DNA of 63,420 nucleotides, counting the filler, from Octopus bimaculoides (lineage: Eukaryota), in assembly GCF_001194135.2 (NCBI RefSeq). It is 7 parts of 6 records of this genome, joined end to end, with 100 filler letters (N's around TTAATTAATTAA, not from the genome) between each part and the next. Parts side by side here need not be neighbours in the genome. Positions count along the whole stretch, not along the records: positions 1 to 12,657 come from NW_026363081.1; positions 12,758 to 22,382 come from NC_068988.1; positions 22,483 to 28,823 come from NC_068996.1; 4 more parts are not named here. One strand, given 5' to 3'. Position 1 is the stretch's first letter; every line of letters begins with the position of its first letter. A model generated the notes under the pieces. That model saw only the letters and a list, made by a program, of their open reading frames with translations, was not told the origin of the DNA and did no database searches. The position numbers and the translations under genes were made by a program. Of this stretch, positions 11,351 through 24,779 are shown one piece after another.

Positions 11351-11627
11351 AGCGAAAACTGTCCCTGTTTCCACTGCAGACAACACACACACAGCATTAG
11401 AAACTCGGACCGCACACCCACCTTCACATTCCACAACTATTTTTCCGGTTTTCTTTTAGTTAACTTTTGAGAGCGGTCAGGTTCATTTTTAGTATTCTCG
11501 TTTGTGAGAACCGTCGAGTTTATTTCAGATATTCATATTTTTAAAAAAATCATCTCCAGCTAATCGTTGTGATGACGTTGGTGTTGCTTTGGCAGGAGTG
11601 TGGGGGGGGGGCGCACTCTGAGTGCTC

Positions 11628-11698
<71 letters not shown>

Positions 11699-12235
11699 GA
11701 GTGAGAGAGCAGTGCATGCCATCAAAATGACACTGGGGTACAAATATATGAAGCCCATTATACCCATCATGACTACCCGTCTGATAAGCGCAAACCAGGC
11801 ATATGTATCGCAGCCATATTTGCGCGACATGGTGAATTCATATAGAGATAAACAGCGCATGACCTTGCAGGTAGGGGCCCAGTTAGAATTTCTTTCAGGC
11901 TGAGTAGCCCATCCCACTTACAAAGTCCCTGAATTAGAGTTAAGGATGTTGAACGAAATACCCATGTTTCCAGCGGTGAATTATTCAAACTCCAAAGAAT
12001 TCCTCTCAACACATGGCTATGATGCACCCCACTACTTCTACTCGTGATCAGTGATGCACATATCGCAGCCACCAAGGGACACGCTCAACTGATTAAGGTG
12101 AAACAACTGACAAGCAAATCTGTGGAATTGAGCAGAATATTTCCTGTGGCCCAGACAAAACAATGTACATGATAACACTTCCAATCAGTTAAGATCAAAA
12201 GCCATGAAAACCACTACCAGTTAATGCATCAGGAC
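11699..12235 (-). mobile_element. About 537-bp interspersed repeat inserted in a (TAA)n microsatellite (possibly Dong/R4-related)
   Basis: Sharp boundaries with (TTA)n on both sides; recognised from memory as an abundant octopus repeat. The clade assignment is inference from the target site. Confidence 0.55.
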
Positions 12236-12657
12236 ATTTATTATTATTATTATTATTGTTGTTGTTGTTGTTGTGCTAGCCGTATACCCGTATGCTAGCC
12301 AAATTTCATCTGTACCGATAAAAAAAAAAAAAACATCAGTGACTGATGAGTGTTTGGTGCCGTGAGTAGCTGGATGACTGGGGGGAAATTAGGCATTAGT
12401 GGCAGAAGAAGTATTAGTCCTGAATTGACATCGTTATATCATAGTTAACGTGATTATAGTTTAAGAACGGAATAATAAACCTGCAGTCTTCGTTCTGAGA
12501 AAGTATCTCGTATAGACATATAGTGATAAAAAGCTCAGAATACTACTATGGGTGTATGCTAATGAGGCGCAAACACAATGAAGCCACCTAATCTAACAGG
12601 TCCACTGCCGGTGATGGACATTTTTGTCGGCTGCTGATATTTCGTGCTTTTTAGCAT

Positions 12658-12757
12658 NNNNNNNNNNNNNNNNNNNNNNNNNNNNNNNNNNNNNNNNNNN
12701 NTTAATTAATTAANNNNNNNNNNNNNNNNNNNNNNNNNNNNNNNNNNNNNNNNNNNN
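12658..12757. other. Assembly spacer N44-TTAATTAATTAA-N44 (linker also at 22427, 28868, 44142, 56288, 62140)
   Basis: 100-bp gaps with a 12-mer that has a stop codon in all six frames; not genomic sequence. Confidence 0.93.
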
Positions 12758-13149
12758 ATATATATATATATATATATGCCTCTGTGTGTGTGTATGTGTG
12801 TGTATGCGCACGCACGTAATTGTGCGTTGCTTTCTCACACACACTCACACGCACACACACATATATCAAATATTACATTATTGCACATTTTATGTATGAA
12901 TCATTGCATATCATCAAGTTATGTACTTTCACATACACACGAACGCATATACCCCCATACATACATACATACACACACATACATACATGCACCAATGCAT
13001 GCATACACACTCAACTCACGCGCATTCTCATATATTAATTTCGTTGCTTCTGACTACATTTGTGAATATGTATGGAATGCATATTTTCATGTACCCGTAT
13101 GGGAGTGAATACGGGTGTGTGGGTGTTTGAGTTTGTGTGTGAGTGTGTA

Positions 13150-13202
<53 letters not shown>

Positions 13203-13315
13203 AAGAGACAGAGAGAGACAGAGAGAGACAGAGAGAGACAGAGAAAGAAAGAGAGCGAGGGGGTTGTATGTTTGTGTGTGTGTGAAAGAGATGAGATAAA
13301 CAGCATTTTGTACGT

Positions 13316-13794
13316 ATTTACGTTCTAGGTTCAAATTCTGCCGAGGTGGACTTTGCCTTTCGGAGGTATTTCATCGTAGATGTGTACGGTACTCGAAGAG
13401 CTGCTGCGGAAGGGGTCACCTTTCCGATTACGATTCCAAAAGGACTTACGTCAGATGCGCTCAAAATCATGATTTGAAATAAGTCCGATTTGAGCACTGG
13501 GCTCAACGTGATCAACGATCGCCCGGCCACAAAATTTCAAACCTTGTTCCTATAGATGAAGGGTTAATCATTATTATCGAACAAGATCAAGACGGTGAGC
13601 TGACAAAATCGGTAGCACCTCGGATACAAAGCATAGCGGCGTTTCGCCCGTCTTTACGTTTTAAGTTCAACTTTTGACTTTCGTCCTTTCGGACTTCATA
13701 TAATATGTACCAGTTGGGCTCTGGAGTCGATCTAGACTCTTACCCCAAGACTCCTGCCCCAAATCTTCAGATCTTGTGCCTCTAATAGAAAGGA
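13316..13794 (+). mobile_element. Two family A SINEs; the first carries an internal foreign segment
   Basis: Family A motifs at 13316-13562 and 13590-13794. Confidence 0.75.
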
Positions 13795-14404
13795 TCTGTC
13801 AGTATCTTTCTCATTATCGTTTATTTGTTTCAGTCATTAGACTGCGGCCGTGCTGGAGCATCGCCTTGAAGATATTCAGTCGAACGAATCGACCCTAATT
13901 CTTATTTATTTTTTACACCTTTTACATATTCTCTCGGTCTGTTTTACCGAACCACTAGCTTACGGGGATGTGAACAAACCAACACCAGTTGTCAAGAGGT
14001 GATGGGGACAAACATAGACACACACACACACACACACATACACGCGCGACAGGCTTCGTTCAGTTTCCATCTACCATATCAACTCACAAGGCTTTTGGTC
14101 GGCCCGAGGCTATAGTAGAAGACACTTGCCCAAGGTGCCATGCAGTGGGACTGAACCCAGGATCCACGCGACTGGAAAGAAAACTTCTTTTTTTACACGT
14201 GGAACAAGAATGTTTAACAGCATTTCTTCCGGCTCTTAACGTTCTGAGTTCAAATGCCGCCGAGGTCAACTTTACCGTTTATCCTTCCAATATTCGATAA
14301 AATAGGTACCAGACGAGCGCTTAGACCGGATACAGTCAACCGGCCCCTTCCCACACAAAATCTCCGGCCCTAGGCTGAAATTTTAATTCTATTATCATGG
14401 AAGA

Positions 14405-14467
14405 TGACTATGATGATGATGATGATGATGATGATGATGGTGGTGGTGATGGTGGTGTTTAGTAATT

Positions 14468-14507
<40 letters not shown>

Positions 14508-14700
14508 CGATGATGATGATGATGACGGAGATGACGACCACGAAGCTAATGATTGCTGATGGTGGTGTTACCGGCCTATTGCTTCTAATAGTGCTGCTGA
14601 CGGTTACGGTTGTTGCTGCCAATTCCTGCTGCAGCCAGTTGCTGCTGTTGTATTTCATTGCTGCCGTTGTTGTTGTTGTTGTTGTTGTTGTCGTTGTCAC
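14405..14700. repeat. (GAT)/(GGT)/(GTT) trinucleotide low-complexity tract (similar at 17890-18210 and 30438-30850)
   Basis: Read directly. Confidence 0.95.
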
Positions 14701-14822
14701 AGTTTCCAGTCTGGCGATGATTCAGCATATTCCGAAAAATGTGCGGAATTCAATTAACTTTTTTGTCCTCGCTGTTGCTGTTGTATGTGCAGACGTATGC
14801 ATGGATATACATACATACAAAC

Positions 14823-14873
<51 letters not shown>

Positions 14874-16283
14874 CATATATATATATATATATATATANNN
14901 NNNNNNNNNNNNNNNNNNNNNNNNNNNNNNNNNNNNNNNNNNNNNNNNNNNNNNNNNNNNNNNNNNNNNNNNNNNNNNNNNNNNNNNNNNNNNNNNNNNN
15001 NNNNNNNNNNNNNNNNNNNNNNNNNNNNNNNNNNNNNNNNNNNNNNNNNNNNNNNNNNNNNNNNNNNNNNNNNNNNNNNNNNNNNNNNNNNNNNNNNNNN
15101 NNNNNNNNNNNNNNNNNNNNNNNNNNNNNNNNNNNNNNNNNNNNNNNNNNNNNNNNNNNNNNNNNNNNNNNNNNNNNNNNNNNNNNNNNNNNNNNNNNNN
15201 NNNNNNNNNNNNNNNNNNNNNNNNNNNNNNNNNNNNNNNNNNNNNNNNNNNNNNNNNNNNNNNNNNNNNNNNNNNNNNNNNNNNNNNNNNNNNNNNNNNN
15301 NNNNNNNNNNNNNNNNNNNNNNNNNNNNNNNNNNNNNNNNNNNNNNNNNNNNNNNNNNNNNNNNNNNNNNNNNNNNNNNNNNNNNNNNNNNNNNNNNNNN
15401 NNNNNNNNNNNNNNNNNNNNNNNNNNNNNNNNNNNNNNNNNNNNNNNNNNNNNNNNNNNNNNNNNNNNNNNNNNNNNNNNNNNNNNNNNNNNNNNNNNNN
15501 NNNNNNNNNNNNNNNNNNNNNNNNNNNNNNNNNNNNNNNNNNNNNNNNNNNNNNNNNNNNNNNNNNNNNNNNNNNNNNNNNNNNNNNNNNNNNNNNNNNN
15601 NNNNNNNNNNNNNNNNNNNNNNNNNNNNNNNNNNNNNNNNNNNNNNNNNNNNNNNNNNNNNNNNNNNNNNNTTTTTTTTTTTTTTTTCAGCTTTATATTA
15701 CATTAATCTTATATATATACATATAAATATATATATGTATCTAGGTGCATATATGTATGCATGTTTGTATACGTGTGTGTGTGCATCTGCACGCGTGTGC
15801 ACTGACGCGAGTGTGCACGTGTGTACGAATACTACTTTCTGACCGTCCCTTCTTCCCAATATGTCGGTATGCGTTGATTGTGCTGGCTGCGGGCACCAAG
15901 AATAACACAGGCACCGGGCGAGGAAACGGTCAAATGTTGTTCTTTGTCTCCTCCCAGATCATATTTCCACCACACCCTCCAACCCCTTCCCCGCTGTGCC
16001 CTTCCATTCGCCAGCTCACCACAACCACTCCGGCTGCTGGTGTGACGCGGGGGCGGGGTAGCTGCTGCTACTACTACTACTGCTGCCGCTACTATTACTA
16101 CTACTACTACTACTACTACTACAAATACACGTGAATACACAACCACAATGCATATGTATGCTGTTAATACGCATACATATATACACATATACGCGTATGT
16201 ATACACACATAATTATACATACATACACACACTTGTGTATATATATGTGTGTGTGTGCGTTTGTGTGTGTATATTCATTTATT

Positions 16284-16630
16284 CTTTTACTTGTGTCAGT
16301 CATTTGACTGCGGCCATGCTGGAGCGCCTTTAGTCGAGCAAATCGACCCCCGGACTTATTCTTTGTAAAGCCTAGTACTTATTCTATCGTACCATTTTGC
16401 CGAACAGCTAAGTTACGGGGAGGTAAACACACTAACATCGGCTGTCAAGCGATGGTGGAGGTGACAAACATAGGGGCTTCTTTCAGTTTCCGTCTACTAT
16501 ATCCACTCACAAGTCTTTGGTCAGCTCGAGGCTATAGTAGAAGACACCTCCGGAAGGTGCCACGCAGTGGGACTGAACCCGGGACCATGTGGTTGGGTAG
16601 CCAACTTCTTACCACACAGACACTCCTGCC
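16284..16630 (-). mobile_element. Family B SINE (other copies near 13822-14200, 18225-18370, 18500-18650, 26535-26690, 35395-35560, 44513-44720, 45470-45725, 51035-51150, 58930-59030)
   Basis: Same head and tail motifs as 57162-57694. Confidence 0.85.
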
Positions 16631-16665
16631 CCTATATGTATAAATATATATAAACATACACATAT

Positions 16666-16698
<33 letters not shown>

Positions 16699-16949
16699 TA
16701 TATATACATACCCACATATATGAATGCATTTACACTGACACAGACATGCACATACATATTTATATACACACACAGATATGTATGTATGCATGTATGTATG
16801 TATGAGTGAATGAATGAATGTATATACCCATATCCACACACAATCGCTATATACATGTCATGCATTCTAAATCTCTTCCAATTCATCCAAATCTTACTCT
16901 CCGCTTTCATTCTCTTCCTCTCTCTGTCCTCTCTCTATCTCTCTCTCTA

Positions 16950-16980
<31 letters not shown>

Positions 16981-19101
16981 CTCAAACACACACATACCCT
17001 TGTATACACCCACACATACATAGAGAGACCGTCATAATTCCGCATAAATATGAACGCATGCGACTCATCCTTTGCGCCCCTCCCCCCCCCCNNNNNNNNN
17101 NNNNNNNNNNNNNNNNNNNNNNNNNNNNNNNNNNNNNNNNNNNNNNNNNNNNNNNNNNNNNNNNNNNNNNNNNNNNNNNNNNNNNNNNNNNNNNNNNNNN
17201 NNNNNNNNNNNNNNNNNNNNNNNNNNNNNNNNNNNNNNNNNNNNNNNNNNNNNNNNNNNNNNNNNNNNNNNNNNNNNNNNNNNNNNNNNNNNNNNNNNNN
17301 NNNNNNNNNNNNNNNNNNNNNNNNNNNNNNNNNNNNNNNNNNNNNNNNNNNNNNNNNNNNNNNNNNNNNNNNNNNNNNNNNNNNNNNNNNNNNNNNNNNN
17401 NNNNNNNNNNNNNNNNNNNNNNNNNNNNNNNNNNNNNNNNNNNNNNNNNNNNNNNNNNNNNNNNNNNNNNNNNNNNNNNNNNNNNNNNNNNNNNNNNNNN
17501 NNNNNNNNNNNNNNNNNNNNNNNNNNNNNNNNNNNNNNNNNNNNNNNNNNNNNNNNNNNNNNNNNNNNNNNNNNNNNNNNNNNNNNNNNNNNNNNNNNNN
17601 NNNNNNNNNNNNNNNNNNNNNNNNNNNNNNNNNNNNNNNNNNNNNNNNNNNNNNNNNNNNNNNNNNNNNNNNNNNNNNNNNNNNNNNNNNNNNNNNNNNN
17701 NNNNNNNNNNNNNNNNNNNNNNNNNNNNNNNNNNNNNNNNNNNNNNNNNNNNNNNNNNNNNNNNNNNNNNNNNNNNNNNNNNNNNNNNNNNNNNNNNNNN
17801 NNNNNNNNNNNNNNNNNNNNNNNNNNNNNNNNNNNNNNNNNNNNNNNNNNNNNNNNNNNNNNNNNNNNNNNNNNNNNNNNNNNNNNNNNNNACAATAGTA
17901 GCGGCAGAGTTTGTTATTGCTGTTGCTGCTACTGCAGTTGTTGTTGTGGTGGTGGTGGTGGTGACGGTAGTGGTGGTGGTGGTCGTACGAGGTAATGGTT
18001 AAGTGAATGCGTTTTGCAATGGTATGTGAAATGAAGCGTGGCATCCTCCGATGGCGGTTTTCAATGCAACCTATCGGCCCTTTGCTGCGGTTGATGGCGC
18101 ACATGTCTGTGTGTCCAAGCATACAATGTTGATGTAGTGTTTCACTGGTTGCTGCTGCTGCTGCTGCTACTGCTCTTACTACTACTGTTGTTGTTCTTGT
18201 GGTGGTAGTAGGGTTTAGTCTACTTGTTTCAGTCATTGGACTGTGGCCATGTTGGGGAACCGCCTCGAAGGGACTCCGTCGAACAAATCGACCGTGGGAC
18301 TTATTCATTAGTTTTGAAGTCTGGTACTCACTCTGTCGGTATCTTTTGCCAAGCTACTAGTTTCTGTTGTACCTGTATTTCAAAGACCCAGCCTTGTCAC
18401 ACTCTGTGTCACACTGAATCTCCCCGAGAACTACGTTAAGGGTACACGGGTTTGACTCCTACCCCCATCCCGTTTTGGTGTTGGTGTTTTTTTTTTGTTA
18501 CACCCTGTAACTAGCGGTTCGGCAAAAAAGACCGATAGAATAAGTGCCAGGCTTTAAATTAAATTACTGTGTTCGATTGGTACGACAAAATTTCATCAAG
18601 GCGGTGCCCCAGCATGGCCGCAGTGTGATGATTGAAATAGGTAAAATATGAAAGATAAAGCCTACAACGTTGCTAGGCATGTTACTGCGCTTTTCGTCCG
18701 AGATAGAATCTCCCATGCACGCGCTGAGTTTGAAAAATATAGTAAATATCAGTGAGTCGAAAAGACCTACCAGCAGCGAAACTTTTTTTTTCTCACGAGA
18801 GTTCCGGACCCCAGCACCGTTATGGCATCATTCATTGGTGAGCAGTTCTCCTTTCACTTTATACACTAAATTTCACATTTGTCACCCCTATTAGAATAGT
18901 TAGATTTTGCTGTAACGCACATTTTCCACTGAACTCAACCAGAGTATTTTCGTATCTAGGTGGACACTAGTTTGATAGTTGAGCTCTGATTGGCTGTATG
19001 CAAATAAGTTCATAACTGGAGTCCGGAACACCCGTGGGAAAAAATTTCGCGTCCTGGCAGCGGCTAATATGAGCCAACGACGTTCCAACCACGGCTGCCT
19101 G

Positions 19102-19275
<174 letters not shown>

Positions 19276-21085
19276 TCACTCACTCTCTTTGTAAAACATG
19301 GATTACACTATTCAATATGCCCTATATTTTAAGAGGATTAAGCTCCTTCCTATATAGACAAATAGGAGCGATTTCTGGACTGGACGCTGGGTCATCGCAG
19401 GATTACTTATGTTTGCCAGCTGAGGGGACTAGGGCAACGCGAAATGAAGTGTTTCGCTCAAAACCACAATACATCTGTGGGTCCAGGAATCGAAACCACA
19501 ATCTTTCGATCATGAGTCTAACCCCTGAGCCAAGCGCTTCAACTGTTTAAGCCCTTAAAATGTGTAATTCGAGGTAAATTCGGCCGCTATTTTTAGCGAT
19601 GGCTTCACTTGATGTTGTTGTTTACGATCATGAGTCCACCACCTGAGACACGCGCCTTCACCGACCTATACTTTAAGCTTGTGAAAAGTGTAATTTGATG
19701 TAGATTTGGTAGTTATTTTTAGCTGGTCTAGTGATCACAAAGACATGCCCTCGTTGCTGTCCTGCTCAGTAGTCGCATGGAAGCTTTGTCCATTATTCGC
19801 AACGTCACCAGTGCCCTTTCAGCCTCGCGGCCCCACGCACCGCACTGGCTAAAGGAGGATGGTGAGTGAAATAAAGGACATGGCAGATGAGTGATAATTG
19901 GAAGGGGACATTGGCTGAAGAACGCTGCTGATTCTAAGAAGACTGTGACAGCTGGAAGGTATTGGCTTGAGAAGTGTATACGGTAGCGGTAACAGAATAT
20001 GATGGCTGTTGGAATGCGGTAGTTGTAGGATAACGATGGCTGTAGGCAGGCGTTGGCTGAAGAAATGGTAGTGACTGAAAGGAGAAGGGTGAGGTGGCTG
20101 ACTGTAAGAGTATTAGGTTAAAAGATGGCCGACGTTGGAACGAAAGCTTTGCAAGTAAAAGAAGAAGAAGAAGAAGAGGAAAAGAGAAGGAAAAGGAGTG
20201 TTGACTGATGGATTAGCCATGTTGGGTGATAGCGGCGGNNNNNNNNNNNNNNNNNNNNNNNNNNNNNNNNNNNNNNNNNNNNNNNNNNNNNNNNNNNNNN
20301 NNNNNNNNNNNNNNNNNNNNNNNNNNNNNNNNNNNNNNNNNNNNNNNNNNNNNNNNNNNNNNNNNNNNNNNNNNNNNNNNNNNNNNNNNNNNNNNNNNNN
20401 NNNNNNNNNNNNNNNNNNNNNNNNNNNNNNNNNNNNNNNNNNNNNNNNNNNNNNNNNNNNNNNNNNNNNNNNNNNNNNNNNNNNNNNNNNNNNNNNNNNN
20501 NNNNNNNNNNNNNNNNNNNNNNNNNNNNNNNNNNNNNNNNNNNNNNNNNNNNNNNNNNNNNNNNNNNNNNNNNNNNNNNNNNNNNNNNNNNNNNNNNNNN
20601 NNNNNNNNNNNNNNNNNNNNNNNNNNNNNNNNNNNNNNNNNNNNNNNNNNNNNNNNNNNNNNNNNNNNNNNNNNNNNNNNNNNNNNNNNNNNNNNNNNNN
20701 NNNNNNNNNNNNNNNNNNNNNNNNNNNNNNNNNNNNNNNNNNNNNNNNNNNNNNNNNNNNNNNNNNNNNNNNNNNNNNNNNNNNNNNNNNNNNNNNNNNN
20801 NNNNNNNNNNNNNNNNNNNNNNNNNNNNNNNNNNNNNNNNNNNNNNNNNNNNNNNNNNNNNNNNNNNNNNNNNNNNNNNNNNNNNNNNNNNNNNNNNNNN
20901 NNNNNNNNNNNNNNNNNNNNNNNNNNNNNNNNNNNNNNNNNNNNNNNNNNNNNNNNNNNNNNNNNNNNNNNNNNNNNNNNNNNNNNNNNNNNNNNNNNNN
21001 NNNNNNNNNNNNNNNNNNNNNNNNNNNNNNNNNNNNNNNNNNNNNNNNNNNNNNNNNNNNNNNNNNNNNNNNNNNNNNNNNNNNN

Positions 21086-21134
<49 letters not shown>

Positions 21135-21909
21135 TGACTGGCAGTAACCCAGCATGTCCACAGCTTTCGATCTCAAACGTATAAAAGAATATATATATAT
21201 TCCTTAGTGCTTGTGTATATATATTAGTGTATATATATATATGTATATATATTTAGTGTATATATATATATATATTAGTGTATGTGTATATGTATTGCCT
21301 TATTTGTATATGTGCGCGAATCGCTTGTGACGCAGGGTGCGGCTGGACATGGTGGAATCGGTTTCGGGTGACGATGTCGTGGGGTGTGGGATATCTACAG
21401 CTATGAATGGGAGTGTATGTGCAAACATCTGTGTGTGTGTGTGTGTGTGTGTGTTTATATCCGTGTGGGTATGTATGTATATGGATGAGACAGAGAGAGA
21501 GACAGCGAAAGAGAGAATAAGACATCTTAGTATAGTAAATATGTTAGGAATCGATAAGGTATTTATTCAAAAAGAGGGATAGTCGGTAGGTAGGTAGGTA
21601 GGTAGGTAGGTAGGTAGTGGATAGTAAACTATGGAAGAACGGAGTAGGTTTATATGATACGGTGGGATGCAGTGCAGTCTGGTGCTACTTACGTGCTGCC
21701 GTAACTATGGCAATGCTGGCGTTTCCCCTGAAAGAGGCGTGTGACAAGGTGTTGTGGGATGTTGTCTGTTGCTGTAAATGGTGGGGGATTTGGTGCTTCG
21801 AGGCTTGTTATGACATGTCATGAATGCTTGGCACGTCGGTCTTCCGGTAGCGGAGGGGATTGGGGTGTGTTTCTCGTGGTTGCTCAACCTGTTAGAAATA
21901 GCAGCCTAA

Positions 21910-22057
21910 GGCGGCGAGCTGGCAGAAACGTTAGCACGCCAGGCGAAATACTTAGCAGTATTATTAAGTACCAGTTATGCACTGGGGTCGATGTAATCGA
22001 CTTAATCCTTTTGCTTGTCTCCTCTATGTTTAGCCCCCTTGGGGCAATAAAGAAATA
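21910..22057 (+). mobile_element. Family A SINE, internally deleted, with 16-bp TSD
   Basis: agaaatagca(g/a)cctaa at 21894-21909 and 22058-22073; the B-box region is missing. Confidence 0.88.
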
Positions 22058-22323
22058 AGAAATAGCAACCTAATCCCTCCTTCGAATCACAGCTTGCTTA
22101 CTGCCTTTCACCGAAAGGCATCGAATAATTTGGAATAATTTGGGTTCCATTATGTGTGTGTGTGTGTGTATGTGTGTGTATCATATATGTGTATGTACGC
22201 GCGTATATGCATGCATACACACACACATGTGTATATGTATGTTTGTAAATATGTATGTGTGTATCTATAGACAAATAGACAGACAATAATTTGACAATGG
22301 ATTCCCTGTACATAGGAACATAC

Positions 22324-22382
<59 letters not shown>

Positions 22383-22529
22383 NNNNNNNNNNNNNNNNNN
22401 NNNNNNNNNNNNNNNNNNNNNNNNNNTTAATTAATTAANNNNNNNNNNNNNNNNNNNNNNNNNNNNNNNNNNNNNNNNNNNNTATATATATATATATATT
22501 TTTTACAGACAAGAAAGTAAATTTTGAAC

Positions 22530-22851
22530 GTAGTATAGCCAGCTTAGTGGTTAGGATACTTGGCTCACGATCATAGGATCATGAGTTCGATTCCTGGTGG
22601 CAGTTTGTGTCCATGAGCAAGACACTTTACTTCACATTGCTCCAGTCCACTCAGCTGGCAAATATGAGTTGTAACTGTAATCCGAAGGGCCAGCCTTGTC
22701 ACATTCTATGTCATACGGAATCTCCCTGAGAACTACCTTAAGGGTATGTGTGTCTGAGGTGTGCTCAGCCACTTGCATTTTAATTTCATGAGCAGGCAGT
22801 TCCATTGATCAGATCAACTGAAACCTCATCATCATAACTGATGGAGTGTCC
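22530..22851 (+). mobile_element. SINE with alternative head H2 and the family C tail
   Basis: gagcaagacactttacttcacattgctccagtccactcagctg followed by cagccttgtcac...gagaactac...gatggagtgtcc. Confidence 0.8.
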
Positions 22852-23659
22852 ATTATGGCTGTGAAAACAGCAGGAAAATTGGGTATTTTGCCATTATTAG
22901 ACAGAAAAAAGTTGCTAGTCGGCAGATACAGGAGTCAAGCACATACTCTTAATTACCAACTAAGTACTCAACCGTTAAGGTAAACAGCCCAAGGATTCCA
23001 CTTACAAAGCTTTCACCAGCCTGGGGTTCTAGTAGAGGACACTTGCTCAAAGAACTGTGCAATGGAACTGAACCCAGAGCAATGTAATTAGGAAGCATAA
23101 TTTTAACCACACAGTTATGCTACATGTATACCATTAACATTATTTAATTAGATTTTCTGTGATTCAGCTTTCTTTTTTTTTTTTTTTCATAATGTCAGGA
23201 GTTCCTCTGGTAAATATCATGGTTGATACCCTCTCTATCTCTACTCACATGAGACTCCAAATGACCTCTATTGCAAAATTTAATCTTTCCACAAAGCTAA
23301 CATTAATCTAGACAGAATTTTTGTATTACTGAGCATTAGATCAGTAATTTCTTGTCTTTGGTATTCGTTAATCAAAACATGAGAAATCTCTTTCAAGAAG
23401 CAGGTCACATGAGGCATGACACATCAACAGGTGGGCTGCATTTCTAAAGAAATTCCAAGTCATTAAAAAAATTTTTTTTTGTTAAACATGCCATTGAGAA
23501 AGTCCTGCAGGCTACATGTGGCCTGTGGACCACATGTGGCCTATGGGTCACAGGTTCTCAATAACAGCTTTAGTCTATTATCAGGAACCAAAAATACAAT
23601 ATTCTTTGCCCTGGATTTTGAAGTTAAATTATTTCAGACATCTTTCTAAACCTCTAATC

Positions 23660-24077
23660 CAGTGATTCTCAATCATTTTTTTTACCTATTGTCCCCTCTG
23701 ATTCCTATTTTATTTGAATGAACTTCAGTTCTATATGTAAGAGATGAGGAATCGTGTACATTATTTACATTTGATAGATATTTGTCCTCATCTCGTTTGG
23801 TGTTAACACAGCAAACAAGATGAGGATAAATATTCGTAAAATGTAAATAAGGTAAAAGAAATTCGTAAATAATTGAATGAACTTTCCTAACCATTTGATA
23901 TTTAAAAAATCCTATTATATTTTTATAATTAAATATTATTAGGAATTGTATAACACAAAATTGTTAAAATACTTTGTGTATTATAGACATTTAAGCAATT
24001 TATTGCACAAATTTTAACAATGAAATTGTATATGGACCCCCACAAGGGCTATATAGATTCCCCATTAAGAACCATTG
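23660..24077. mobile_element. hAT (Charlie-like) MITE
   Basis: TIRs CAGTGATTCTCAA and TTAAGAACCATTG; 8-bp flanks ctctaatc / cactaata match at 6 of 8. Confidence 0.65.
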
Positions 24078-24563
24078 CACTAATACAAGTTCTTCAACCC
24101 TTTGTAGTTTCGAACTTCCTTTCACTAAATGGTGTTTTAGAAATATCTGCTTCTCATGTTTAGACAAAACAAACAAAAGAAAACCCATAGAAAATTACTG
24201 TAATCCAACAGAAGCTAATTTTGTACAATTTATCCATATTTTCTTATAGTTTTTCCATTCAATACATCTTCTAACTTTTACTTTGCCTAGATATTTGCCT
24301 CTTTGGTTAATTTTTTTGCAATGGAAATTATGAAAGAAAGCAAATATTTATACACTGAAATTATACTGGGCTTTGGTGTATCATCAGTCATGCTCTTTTC
24401 TCACTGATTACACTATGTTCAGTTCACATTTTAATCCCAACAGTTTTATTTATTTATTTATAAAAAAATGTATATAAAATTTCAGAATCCATCAATCCAT
24501 TTTCTATGCTTGCAGTCCTGAGAGGATCATGAAGCTAAAGTTTTCAGTCACATTCTCCATAGA

Positions 24564-24747
24564 GACTATTTATTCTTTGGTGACCAACTGACCAAATGAC
24601 AAAAAGCAGATTTCTGCCTCCCAGAGGTGAAGAGTTGCATTGTCTTTGGCTTAAGAGTCTGATGAGACATTCACGAGGCCAAAGCCTTTATGGACACGAA
24701 ACCACAGGTCACTCTATGACTGGACATTAACTTTATTACTTTAATAT
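24564..24747 (+). mobile_element. Solo pseudo-LTR fragment of the same Penelope-like family
   Basis: Co-linear with 28603-28785 over about 184 bp; both end at ttaatat followed by TG/TA repeats. Confidence 0.85.
24654..24715 (+). ncRNA. Type I hammerhead ribozyme motif (intact core)
   Basis: Stem I agagt/actct; CUGAUGA 24659-65; extended stem II capped by aggc-caaa-gcct; GAAA 24698-701; stem III ACC-aca-GGU; GUC cleavage triplet ending at 24710. Confidence 0.8.
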
Positions 24748-24779
24748 GTGTGTGTGTATATCAGCTATTCTGATTATAT

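Noticed and set aside
12702-12713. TTAATTAATTAA repeated six times as a possible biological motif
   Set aside because: Always centred in a 44N-12-44N gap; it is a six-frame-stop assembly linker.
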